Shown piece after piece: positions 37,781 through 46,353 of a DNA stretch of 64,000 nucleotides. This DNA is from an uncultured Anaerolineales bacterium. GTDB taxonomy: Bacteria; Chloroflexota; Anaerolineae; Anaerolineales; UBA11858. The notes under the pieces were generated by a model that searched no databases, was not told where the DNA came from, and worked only from the letters and a program-made list of their open reading frames with translations. A program made the translations under genes and the position numbers. Every line of letters starts with the position of its first letter. Within the stretch, counting starts at the first letter, position 1. The stretch is from positions 3,738 to 67,737 of the forward strand of contig CAZRUS010000012.1 of assembly GCA_964603385.1 (NCBI GenBank). Reading direction: 5' to 3'.

Positions 37781-38051
37781 CGGATAAACATGGAAATATT
37801 ACATATATCTTATACCAGGGAGAGCCCTCTCCGTCCCGCTTCCCCGGGGCGGGAGCATATGCAGCCCTCAATCTGACGCTGGGTAAGGGAGTGCAGCACC
37901 CGCAGGCTGTTAATCCTCTGATCATCCTGCCCGGGTCGCTCTGATTGACTCTCCAACAGACAGAATTGAGGTACTCGATGGGGGATACAGAGATCCTCCG
38001 CTGTTATAATTTCTATTGCTAACAGGGATTATGAATATCAAGGTGGTGAGG

Positions 38052-38918
38052 ATGGACAGCAGGGAAGATCAGCGGGTCCTTTTATCGGTTTTAGCACATC
38101 CGGATGATGAGTCTTTTGGGATGGGGGGGACGCTGGCCAAGTACGCCCGCCAGGGGGTGGAGGTGCATCTGATCTGCGCCACCCGCGGAGAAGTCGGGGA
38201 AGTGCCACCAGAATTTCTCGAAGAAGGAGTCCCCGTGCCGGAGCTGCGGGAAAGAGAACTGATGTGTGCTGCTGAAGAACTGGGCATCAGTCAGGTTCAT
38301 TTTCTTGATTACCGGGATTCAGGCATGCCGGGAAACCCCGAGAATGATCATCCCCAGGCGCTGGTGAATGCCCCAATTGAAGAAGTTGCCGGGAAAGTGC
38401 TGCAGATAATTCGGGACATCCAACCCCAGGTAGTGCTGACCTTTGATCCGATCGGGGGATATTATCATCCTGACCATATCGCCATCCATCAAGCTGCAAA
38501 AGAGGCATTTTTTCTAGCTAGAGGTGGAGGGGATAATCAAGCGGTCGAATCCAGTGTTCCCCAAAGGCTGTACTATCATACCATTCCCAAGCATTTCATC
38601 CGCTTCAACGTTCGACTGCTGCGCTTTTTGGGCAAGGATCCCAGCAGGTGGGGGAAAAACCAGGATATTGACCTGACAGAACTGGCGGAAAAGACCTTTC
38701 CTGTACATGCCAGCATAGCCTATGGGGAGGTGAGAAAACAGAAGGCAGCTGCCGCTTCCTGTCATGCCAGCCAGGGAGGGGCGGGGCTGATTGGCGGCTT
38801 TTGGCGGATGATCTTCCGTCTGTTTGGTTCCCGGTATGAGGATCAATTTATGAGAGCCTACCCGGATCCAGAGGATGGTGAGCTGGAAAAGGATTTATTT
38901 GCCAATCTCTCCATTTGA
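38052..38918 (+). CDS. PIG-L/LmbE-family N-acetylglucosaminyl deacetylase (low-molecular-weight-thiol or glycolipid pathway type)
   Basis: LAHPDDESFGMGGTLAKY, and HPDH later in the sequence. ATG at 38052 follows GGTGGTGAGG. Confidence 0.75.
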   Translation: MDSREDQRVLLSVLAHPDDESFGMGGTLAKYARQGVEVHLICATRGEVGEVPPEFLEEGVPVPELRERELMCAAEELGISQVHFLDYRDSGMPGNPENDHPQALVNAPIEEVAGKVLQIIRDIQPQVVLTFDPIGGYYHPDHIAIHQAAKEAFFLARGGGDNQAVESSVPQRLYYHTIPKHFIRFNVRLLRFLGKDPSRWGKNQDIDLTELAEKTFPVHASIAYGEVRKQKAAAASCHASQGGAGLIGGFWRMIFRLFGSRYEDQFMRAYPDPEDGELEKDLFANLSI

Positions 38919-38924
38919 ATTATC

Positions 38925-40001
38925 TTACTCCTGCTTCAACCTTAAGTGTGCCAGGGTGTTAATCTGCCTGGCTTCTCCGAGAACGGCGATCCTGTCCGCC
39001 GCCATCAGAACCTTGTCTGGGGAAGGATGAAAACTGGGTTCTGCACCGGGTCTGGCTACCAGAACGATGCCTATCCCATGATCGGCCTCAATTTCCTTAA
39101 TGGAGCGATGGACCAGCATGGAATCGGCATTGATCTCAATCAAGGCCAGGTTGATGGGCCGGTCATCCACCTGGATGGAGCGGGTCATATTGACTCCCAC
39201 TGCGGAAGCGGCAAAGATCGGTGAGGCGCTGGCAGTGGCGCTCAGGGCTTGAAAGCCAAACTGTTCATTCAGCGCACGGGCGAAATCATCATCAAATATC
39301 CTGACCACAACGTGGATGTCAGGATTCAGCGACCGCGCCTTGAGGGCAATCTGCAGATTCATGCCGTCATGCTGGGTGCAGAGGATGATTGCGGACGCTT
39401 TCTTGATCCCTGCTGCGATCAGGGATGCTTCTCGAGAACCGTCATCTTCCAGCACTGGAATTCCCAATTCTTTGACGCTGGCTACCAGATCGGTAGCTGT
39501 GTTCAATTCAATTGCCACTAATTCTTGATTCATGGCGTGAAGATGGTGAGAAACCCGGTAGCCTAAATGTCCCAGGCCGATGACCACAACGTGGTCCTTG
39601 TATGTAGAAGCCACAGCCATCTCCCACTCCTTTCCTCTGGCTCTGCGGTTGAAAAACAAAATGCTGAAATCGGCAATGCCCTGGGCCAGGATGCTCAACC
39701 CGAGCACGGGAATCAGAAAGTTAAACAGCTGTAAATACCAGGCTGCGGGGAAGGTTTCTATCGGGCTTAAAAATACCAGTCCCAGCACATGGTAGGCTGC
39801 TTCGATAAAATTCCCGGGTGGTTCCCCTGCCAGACCAGCGAAATGGAAATAGAGATAGCCGCCCCCGCCGATCAGAGCTAAGAAAGCCAGCAGGGGCCAC
39901 TGAAATTCCCTTAACAGCAGGTATGTATCTCGTAATCCTGCCTCGAGGATGCGAAAAACCCGACCTGCCCTGCGGTGATTGCTCTGTCTTTTATGCAGCA
40001 A
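38925..40001 (-). CDS. two-TM channel-like membrane domain fused to RCK (TrkA-N/TrkA-C) domains
   Basis: VVVIGLGHLGYRV Rossmann (TrkA-N) and a C-terminal TrkA-C-like region. No TxG[YF]G filter seen. The only available start is TTG at 40001, 10 nt after the upstream stop. Confidence 0.65.
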   Translation of the reverse strand: MLHKRQSNHRRAGRVFRILEAGLRDTYLLLREFQWPLLAFLALIGGGGYLYFHFAGLAGEPPGNFIEAAYHVLGLVFLSPIETFPAAWYLQLFNFLIPVLGLSILAQGIADFSILFFNRRARGKEWEMAVASTYKDHVVVIGLGHLGYRVSHHLHAMNQELVAIELNTATDLVASVKELGIPVLEDDGSREASLIAAGIKKASAIILCTQHDGMNLQIALKARSLNPDIHVVVRIFDDDFARALNEQFGFQALSATASASPIFAASAVGVNMTRSIQVDDRPINLALIEINADSMLVHRSIKEIEADHGIGIVLVARPGAEPSFHPSPDKVLMAADRIAVLGEARQINTLAHLRLKQE

Positions 40002-40011
40002 CTTTATTTCA

Positions 40012-41172
40012 TCAGTTTTCGTACGTTACCACCAGTTTGAACTTTGCTCTGACGACATCTGCTGTGCCGTCATTATCTGAATGGGCATCTTTAAACTGCA
40101 GCCGGATTTGAAACGTGTCGCTGGCCAGAGCAGATTCAATCCCTGATATGCCAATGCTGTTCATTGTTTGGAGGCTTCCATCACTCAGGTCAGCTTCACT
40201 GCAGAACCGGACAAAGGCCCCGGTTACCCCGGTTGGTTGATAATCCCCCAGATCCAGGGAGCCGTAGTTGTCTACATATGCCCGGAGACAGCCCAGGCTG
40301 CCGAAAGGATCTCCCAGGGTATCGTGGTCAACCCGGACGAGCTTTGCGGAGAGGATGGTGGCACCGTCGGGTATTGCGCTGATATCGAAGGTGATGAACC
40401 CCTGTCGGCCGAGGTCAGCATCGGTGTCGCCGGCATTATTTGCCGAGGTATTGATGTAATCTCCCTGCACCACCTGACCGCGGCTGGCCGGGGAGAATTC
40501 CTTGGTCGTTTCTGTGACCTCCGGTGTGGGGGCTTTCACCTTAATCTCTACCCAGAAATATCCGGAGGTGCTGTTATCCAGTCCAAAGACTACATCGGAC
40601 GGATCCCTGAGCTTCCAGTTGCCCCGATAGGTACCTTCTGAGCCAGGGGCTTTCAGATTCACGGAGACATCAACAACCTGACCGGGGTTGACTGTCCCGG
40701 CAGTCAGCTGCGCTGCACTGGGAGCTCCCATGGCATCTCCACCGTCAAAAACGATGTCATAGCCTGAGGTCCAGGCGCAGGATCCGGTATTTTCCAAGCG
40801 CCAGGTTTTTGTAAAATCGGCTCCCGGCGGGAAAACCTTGCCATCCGGAATGGTGACGTCTTTCACGAATTCCGCCATATTGCAGGGCAGGGGGGTTTCC
40901 GATGGTGTCAAGGAGGGGGCGGGTGTTTCTGAGGGTGCGGCTGCGGGGGTCTCACTGGCACCTGCATTCGGGGTTTCTGGTGCCGTCTCGGTGCTTTCTT
41001 CCACCGGCGTGTTGGTGGGCAGGCCTTCCACAGCGACCGTTTGGGCAACAGCAGTTTCAATCTGGGCGGTTTGTTCTGCAGCTCCGTTTGTTGCCTGGGG
41101 TAAATTGCAGGAGCTTACCAGGATAGCAGCGAAGGTAAGATAAGCCATCATGGCGGTTTTCTTGAAGGACAT
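40012..41172 (-). CDS. lipoprotein with NBR1-like four-tryptophan (FW) Ig-like domain plus a C-terminal beta-rich domain (paralog 1)
   Basis: Lipobox VSSC (Cys22), Thr/Pro/Glu linker, and core PCNMAEFVKDVTIPDGKVFPPGADFTKTWRLENTGSCAWTSGYDIVFDGGD...YRGNWKL...YFWVEIKV with 4 Trp. AGGAGAG RBS. Confidence 0.75.
   Translation of the reverse strand: MSFKKTAMMAYLTFAAILVSSCNLPQATNGAAEQTAQIETAVAQTVAVEGLPTNTPVEESTETAPETPNAGASETPAAAPSETPAPSLTPSETPLPCNMAEFVKDVTIPDGKVFPPGADFTKTWRLENTGSCAWTSGYDIVFDGGDAMGAPSAAQLTAGTVNPGQVVDVSVNLKAPGSEGTYRGNWKLRDPSDVVFGLDNSTSGYFWVEIKVKAPTPEVTETTKEFSPASRGQVVQGDYINTSANNAGDTDADLGRQGFITFDISAIPDGATILSAKLVRVDHDTLGDPFGSLGCLRAYVDNYGSLDLGDYQPTGVTGAFVRFCSEADLSDGSLQTMNSIGISGIESALASDTFQIRLQFKDAHSDNDGTADVVRAKFKLVVTYEN
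40537..40887 (-). repeat. FW-domain coding core, copy 1 of 3 (paralogous repeat)
   Basis: Codons 96-212. Collinear with 42049-42399 and 43050-43400. Confidence 0.8.
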
Positions 41173-41236
41173 TGAATTCTCTCCTGGATGATGGTTTCTG
41201 GTGTTATCTGATAGGAATCATAGAAAAGGAATTTTT

Positions 41237-41246
41237 GTGATTATAC
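41237..41246 (-). promoter_or_regulatory. -10 element within the shared decamer GTATAATCAC (paralog 1 promoter)
   Basis: The same decamer recurs at 42755-42764 at a similar distance (about 70 nt) from the start codon. Confidence 0.35.
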
Positions 41247-41380
41247 TTTATAAAATCCTTTGAGCAGAAAACATTAACGCATTTTTTATGATCCGGATTC
41301 GGCTGCGATTATGTCCCGGACGAAGCAGTGGTCTTTTCAATCCACTGCGCTGCTGAGAGAAGCCGCTGTCCTTAAACGCA

Positions 41381-41404
41381 GACAGACCCCACAGGGGATC
41401 TGTC
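41381..41404 (-). terminator. hairpin downstream of FW paralog 2
   Basis: 10-bp stem with one bulge (GACAGACCCC / GGGGATCTGTC) and a 3-nt loop. Weak U-tract. Confidence 0.3.
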
Positions 41405-41523
41405 CGGGATGGGTCTCTTGGAAAGAACCTGGCTTAGGATAAAAAGCTGCTTTCATTTGTTATCCTGGTTGTATTACCGAGATGTTGTTTGTTCAGCAGC
41501 CGGTTATCCAACGACCCCCTACT

Positions 41524-42684
41524 TCAGGGGAGATAGGTTATGGATAGAACCGGATCCGTCCAGTTGATGAAGCAGCTGAAGGCAGCGCCGGAATCATCAT
41601 GCTCCAGCTCCATCCGGATCTGGAAATGACCGGCACCATTGCCATCAACAAAATTCTGCAGCTCGCTTTGGATGTTGATTGGACTGGAGATGCCGCTTCC
41701 CGCTGAGGCCGAAGCCAGGGTGGCGATAGGTGATTTATTGAAATCCTCCGGATAATCCGGGACGGAGCCGTAGCTGATCTGATACACCTGCAGCGGGTGG
41801 AGGAATTCAAAGCAGCTTTCCCCGGAAAAATTAGAGATGTCCAGGGTAGCAGCCTGGATGGTTGAACCTTCACTCAGGCTGCTTAATTCGCTGAGATCAA
41901 AATCAAGGAAGGTGCGGATGGGATCGCCGTTAGGAGCGATGCCCACTCTCACCTGACTGCTGGCTCCCCCGGGTCCTATGTTCTTACTCCGGGTGGGATC
42001 TCTCTGCAGTGTTTCCGTGACTGGCTCCGGTGTGTCTGTGGGAGCGGCAACTTTGATTTCCACCCAGAAAAAGCCGGAGGAGCTGTTTTCTATCCCAAAC
42101 ACCACATCAGAGGGGTCCCTTAGTTTCCAGTTCCCCCGGTAGGTTCCAGGATCATCCGGTGCAGTCAGATTCACGGAGACATCCACATTCTGACCGGGAT
42201 TGACCGTGCCGGAGGTCAGCTGAACAGCGCTGGGAGCGCCCATGGCATCTCCCCCATCGAAGACGATGTCATAGCCTGAAGTCCAGGCGCAGGAGCCGGT
42301 GTTTTTCAAGCGCCAGGTCTTGGTAAAGGTCTCTCCCGGTTGGAAAACTTTTCCATCCGGCACATTGACATCTTTAACAAATCCTGCCAGATTGCAGGGC
42401 AGAGGAGTTTCTGAGGCTGTTTGAGTGGGTGCAGGGGTATCGGAGGGGGTCATTTCACCTGTGGCTGAAGGGTTCTCTCCCGGTGTTGCTGTCCAATCGG
42501 TTGCCGGTGTTTCTCCGGATTGAGCTGTGGAAGCTGCTTCCGCTGCCACTGTCTGGGCCACGGCGGTTTCGATCATGGCCGTTTGCTGTGCATCGCCGGA
42601 TGTGCTGCGGGGCATATTACAGGCGCTGATCATGACGGCCAGCATTAGAAGAAAGGGCAGCAAAGAGGTTTTTTTGGAGGACAT
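41524..42684 (-). CDS. lipoprotein with NBR1-like FW domain plus a C-terminal beta-rich domain (paralog 2)
   Basis: Lipobox ISAC (Cys22) and the same 212-aa N-terminal module. ATG at 42684 follows GGGAGAA. Confidence 0.75.
   Translation of the reverse strand: MSSKKTSLLPFLLMLAVMISACNMPRSTSGDAQQTAMIETAVAQTVAAEAASTAQSGETPATDWTATPGENPSATGEMTPSDTPAPTQTASETPLPCNLAGFVKDVNVPDGKVFQPGETFTKTWRLKNTGSCAWTSGYDIVFDGGDAMGAPSAVQLTSGTVNPGQNVDVSVNLTAPDDPGTYRGNWKLRDPSDVVFGIENSSSGFFWVEIKVAAPTDTPEPVTETLQRDPTRSKNIGPGGASSQVRVGIAPNGDPIRTFLDFDLSELSSLSEGSTIQAATLDISNFSGESCFEFLHPLQVYQISYGSVPDYPEDFNKSPIATLASASAGSGISSPINIQSELQNFVDGNGAGHFQIRMELEHDDSGAAFSCFINWTDPVLSITYLP
42049..42399 (-). repeat. FW-domain coding core, copy 2 of 3
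   Basis: Codons 96-212 of paralog 2. Confidence 0.8.
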
Positions 42685-42754
42685 TATCTTTTCTCCCGGT
42701 AAATCCAATCTGGTAGGGGCTCAGCTGGCAGGATCCGCCTGAGCCTTGATTGAT

Positions 42755-42764
42755 GTGATTATAC
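42755..42764 (-). promoter_or_regulatory. -10 element within the shared decamer GTATAATCAC (paralog 2 promoter)
   Basis: Identical decamer to 41237-41246. Confidence 0.35.
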
Positions 42765-42881
42765 ATTAGAAACCTGCCTGAATTGGGCATGATTGTTTAA
42801 ACCTGACAGCTGAAAAAACCCATTTCAGCGAGAGACAGCATCACAGGAGGCACTGCGTTTTCGCGGAGAAAAAATCAAAAG

Positions 42882-42918
42882 AAAAAGCAAACCCCGTGGG
42901 TGTCAGGGTTTGCTTTTT
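42882..42918 (-). terminator. intrinsic terminator after FW paralog 3
   Basis: 13-bp stem AAAAAGCAAACCC / GGGTTTGCTTTTT. The U-rich tail on the minus strand reads CUUUUGAUUUUUU. Confidence 0.6.
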
Positions 42919-42944
42919 TGATTGGGGAGGGAATCGAATCAGGA

Positions 42945-43685
42945 TCAGGGCATTACCAGAGTGATGATCAAAGTCGGCTTGATGAATATCATGGGTGTGT
43001 TGGTGGGTGAGGGAGTCGTGGATAGGGTAGGCGTATCGGTGGGCAGGACAACCTCAATCTCCACCCAGAAATAACCCGAGGGGCTGTTTTCAATCCCAAA
43101 AACTACATCGGATGGGTCACGGACCTTCCAGTTGCCCCGGTATGTTCCCGCACTGGCCGGTGAAGTCAGATCCACGGAGATATCCACGCTTTCTCCGGGA
43201 TCGACTGTCCCGCCGGTCAGCTGTACAGCGCTGGGTGCCCCCATCGCATCTCCCCCATCGAAGATGATCTCATACCCAGAGGTCCAGGCGCAGGAGCCGA
43301 CATTTTTCAGACGCCAGGTTTTTGTGAAATTCACCCCCGGGGGGAAATCCTTCCCGTCAGGGACATTGACGTCCTTGACAAACCGGGCCAGGTTGCAGGG
43401 AACTGGCGTTTCTGTGGGTGTCTCTGAGGAAGCGGGGGTGGCGGAGCTGCTTTCTGTCGGGGAGGTTTCAACGGTGTTTGTGTTCGTTCCGGTAGGAGAA
43501 ACGGCTGTTTCTCCAGAGGGTTGACCGCTTTGTGGATCTCCGGCTGCCACAGTCATCGCCACGGCTGTTTGGATGATGGCGGTCTGCTCCGGTAAGGTGG
43601 ACGAACTCCGGGGCATATTACAGGCGCTGAGCAGGGCTGTGATCAAAAAGAGGCAGATCACGATCACGAGCTGTTTGATTCGCAT
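42945..43685 (-). CDS. lipoprotein with NBR1-like FW domain, short form lacking the C-terminal domain (paralog 3)
   Basis: Lipobox LSAC (Cys22) and the same 212-aa module, then a 34-aa Thr/Pro tail ending in a hydrophobic stretch. ATG at 43685 follows GGGAAGG. Confidence 0.7.
   Translation of the reverse strand: MRIKQLVIVICLFLITALLSACNMPRSSSTLPEQTAIIQTAVAMTVAAGDPQSGQPSGETAVSPTGTNTNTVETSPTESSSATPASSETPTETPVPCNLARFVKDVNVPDGKDFPPGVNFTKTWRLKNVGSCAWTSGYEIIFDGGDAMGAPSAVQLTGGTVDPGESVDISVDLTSPASAGTYRGNWKVRDPSDVVFGIENSPSGYFWVEIEVVLPTDTPTLSTTPSPTNTPMIFIKPTLIITLVMP
43050..43400 (-). repeat. FW-domain coding core, copy 3 of 3
   Basis: Codons 96-212 of paralog 3. Confidence 0.8.
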
Positions 43686-43822
43686 AGGGTTACCTTCCCT
43701 CTTTGCTGGTGAGGTGCCAAGTACCATGAGGTAGTCCGCGCGCAAAGGACCTTTCAGTGATGATATCATCATTGTATACATTCTTTTGAACCAACGCAAC
43801 AGGAAACTATTTTTGAAACCTG

Positions 43823-44296
43823 ATGACAATGTCCAGGGAGGAAACTGATCAGGAAAATTTGCCGGGAGGGACCGGGGAGGCTGCCAGTATGGACGTACAT
43901 ATTTTCCGATTGAAACCTGGAGAGGATCTTTTACTGGCTTTGGATCGATGTCTGCAGCAGCACCAAATTCAGGCAGGGATTCTGCTTACCTGTGTGGGAA
44001 GCCTCCGCAGTGCTGTCCTGCGGTTGGCCGATCAGCACGACCCCACGGAGCTGCCCGGTCCTGTCGAGATTGTTTCTCTGGAGGGGACGCTGTCCACCGC
44101 CGGCTCGCATCTGCATCTGTCAATTTCTGACTCCCGGGGAAAGACTACCGGCGGTCATTTGCTTCCCGGAAACCTGATATACACGACCGCGGAAATAGCA
44201 TTGGGTGAGCTGCCAGGCCTTCAGTTCCGCAGGGAACCCTGTGCGCAGTCTGGCTATGCTGAGCTGGTAGTCCAAAAACCGGGCATAAAGAAGTAG
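43823..44296 (+). CDS. PPC-domain (DUF296) protein
   Basis: HIFRLKPGEDLLLAL...VEIVSLEGTLS...HLHLSISD..G.TTGGHL pattern. An alternative start at 43889 (MDVHIF) follows GGGGAGG. Confidence 0.65.
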   Translation: MTMSREETDQENLPGGTGEAASMDVHIFRLKPGEDLLLALDRCLQQHQIQAGILLTCVGSLRSAVLRLADQHDPTELPGPVEIVSLEGTLSTAGSHLHLSISDSRGKTTGGHLLPGNLIYTTAEIALGELPGLQFRREPCAQSGYAELVVQKPGIKK

Positions 44297-44302
44297 CCGG
44301 GG

Positions 44303-45448
44303 TTATCGATGCTTTCGGTTGTGGAGCTTTTCCCGGAGGTATAAGACGGCGAAGATGGTCAGAGCGGAGATCCAGGCCAGCATCTGAATAACCATCATAG
44401 CTCGGGGGCCGCTGGCCCCGATTTGCCAGCCGACCAGCCAGGGAAGGACAATGCTCCCGGTGCTTCCAGAGGCCCAGACGATGCCGTTTTGGCGAGGGGT
44501 CAGATTGGCAATTCTTTGGATGTAGCCAAAGGCAGTTGGGAAAAGCGCTGCCAGACTGAGACCGACCCCAGCTGTTCCGGCCCACAGCGCCCAGGGGACT
44601 TCTGCGAGAGCAATCAGCATGATCGTGCTGATCACCCCTCCTCCCAGAAAGGTGAAGATCATCCGGGAAGCTTTCAGCCGGGCTGCTGCCGGGATGGCAG
44701 TCAAACGGCCCAGGGTGATCCCAGCCCAAAAAACTGAGGTCAGGTAGTACCCCATTTGGGTGCTGTCAGGAAAGAGCTGCTGCTGGTAGGTGTAGATCCA
44801 ACCGCTGTAGGAAACCTCCAGGCCGATGGTGAAAAAGGACAGCAGCATAAACAGCACCAGTATGTCGGGACGAAAATGGGCCTGCTGGATTTCGTCATCA
44901 TTGCTGAGGATGGTCGGCGAAGGGGTGATCAGCATCCACAGGGCTGCCGGCAGCACCAGCAAAGCCAGGCCGCGGTACCCCCAGGAAAGGGAGACAAAAC
45001 CCAGATACAGCGGTGCCAGAAAGCTCCCGATGCCCGCAAATAGGTACATGGCGTTCAGGTAGGGGCCGCTGCTGTCTTGATGAGTGAACGCCAGCATGGT
45101 GTTGGAGCCTACGTCCATCGCCCCGCAGGACAGCCCGGTGCCGATCAGGAAGGGGATCAGCAAGGCCAGGGCATCGACTTCCGGGGTAAAAAAAAGGATC
45201 CCGGCCATCAGCAGCAGGATTCCTGCCAGCACTTTATGGCCCGGAATCCGTTCATATAACACGCCTCCGAGCAGAGCGCCGGATAGATATCCGACTGCCC
45301 GGAAGGAAAATAAAAAGCTCAGCTGCGGCGCTTCTCGCCCGACATTTTCCGCCAGGCCATTGATGGTTGGCCCCAAAGCCGAGATCACGGCACCGAGGAG
45401 GAAAAAACTGCCAAAGTAACCAATGGTTTTTCGTGTTTTTGGGTTCAT
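44303..45448 (-). CDS. MFS transporter
   Basis: 381 aa with about 12 TM helices and the typical loop G.L.ER.PG.K. Confidence 0.75.
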   Translation of the reverse strand: MNPKTRKTIGYFGSFFLLGAVISALGPTINGLAENVGREAPQLSFLFSFRAVGYLSGALLGGVLYERIPGHKVLAGILLLMAGILFFTPEVDALALLIPFLIGTGLSCGAMDVGSNTMLAFTHQDSSGPYLNAMYLFAGIGSFLAPLYLGFVSLSWGYRGLALLVLPAALWMLITPSPTILSNDDEIQQAHFRPDILVLFMLLSFFTIGLEVSYSGWIYTYQQQLFPDSTQMGYYLTSVFWAGITLGRLTAIPAAARLKASRMIFTFLGGGVISTIMLIALAEVPWALWAGTAGVGLSLAALFPTAFGYIQRIANLTPRQNGIVWASGSTGSIVLPWLVGWQIGASGPRAMMVIQMLAWISALTIFAVLYLREKLHNRKHR

Positions 45449-45546
45449 GGGGTACCGTGGTGCCTGTCATCCTGCGGGGATTTTTCACCCTCTGACCCGC
45501 TGCTGGTAGCGGGGGAGAAATTACAGATGTTGAGGGAAAATCGGTC

Positions 45547-46353
45547 CTAATTCCGCTGGGATTGGACAGACTGCAGAAAATCAGTGATGGTAGTCACCGT
45601 CTCAGGCAGCGCCAGAGCTGCTCCCAGACGGGTGATCTGGGGTGGATCAACGAAAGTGGTTGCCAGCAGATCCTGTTCTTGAAAAACTTCCCGGGCCGAT
45701 CCATCCAGGAGCACTTTCCCGCCGCGAAGGGCAATCACCCGCTGGAAGTTTTCTGCACAAAAATCAATATCGTGGGAGATGGTGATCACCGTTTTTCCCT
45801 GATTGGAGAGAGCGTTGACCACATCACGGATGCGGGCGATATTGACAGCGTCCTGACCGGTGGTGGGTTCATCAAAAATGACGATGGGTGTGTCCATGGC
45901 GATGATCGATCCCAGGGCTACCATTTTCCGCCAGGTAGGCGAAAGGTCGTAGGGATTGGTATCTTCTTTGCCTTCCAGATCAGTAATTTGCAGGGCAAAC
46001 TTCACCAGCCTGTGGATTTTTTTTTCGTCATAGCCAAGATTTTTCGGGCCGAAGCGGAGCTCTTCCTCCACGGTCTTGGTAAAGAGCTGCTCATCAGGAT
46101 TTTGAAAGACATATCCAACCCGGGAGGCCAGCTGAGCAACCGAGTGCTCACCGGTCAGCCAATCCCCGATATGAACTTCTCCTGATGTTGGTTTGAGCAA
46201 GCCATTGAAATGTTTCACCAGGGTGGTTTTCCCGGATCCATTTTGACCGATAATGGCTACCTGTTCTCCCTGTTCTATGGCCAGGTTAATCCCCTGAATG
46301 GCCTCTACTCCGCTGGGATAGGTGAAGTGCAGCTGGTTGATGCGGATGTTCAT
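45547..46353 (-). CDS. ecfA: ECF transporter ATPase component (EcfA2/CbiO-like)
   Basis: Walker A GQNGSGKTT and Walker B IVIFDEPTTGQD. ATGA overlap with the upstream ATPase gene. Confidence 0.85.
   Translation of the reverse strand: MNIRINQLHFTYPSGVEAIQGINLAIEQGEQVAIIGQNGSGKTTLVKHFNGLLKPTSGEVHIGDWLTGEHSVAQLASRVGYVFQNPDEQLFTKTVEEELRFGPKNLGYDEKKIHRLVKFALQITDLEGKEDTNPYDLSPTWRKMVALGSIIAMDTPIVIFDEPTTGQDAVNIARIRDVVNALSNQGKTVITISHDIDFCAENFQRVIALRGGKVLLDGSAREVFQEQDLLATTFVDPPQITRLGAALALPETVTTITDFLQSVQSQRN

Noticed and set aside
37781-38015. tRNA-Sec or another structured RNA in the GC-rich, hairpin-containing spacer next to the putative selenoprotein gene.
   Set aside because: - No T-loop (GGTTCGA-like) was found.
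- There is no UCA anticodon in a U-preceded 7-nt loop, and no 8/5 acceptor/T-arm geometry.
- The hairpins at 37819-37832 and 37834-37854 are short.
- The region probably holds only the PIG-L promoter and leader.
40012-43685. Diversity-generating retroelement or phase-variation mechanism acting on the three FW lipoprotein paralogs.
   Set aside because: - No reverse transcriptase, template repeat, invertase or simple-sequence tract is present in or near the locus.
- Differences are spread over linkers and C-terminal domains, as expected from ordinary paralog divergence.
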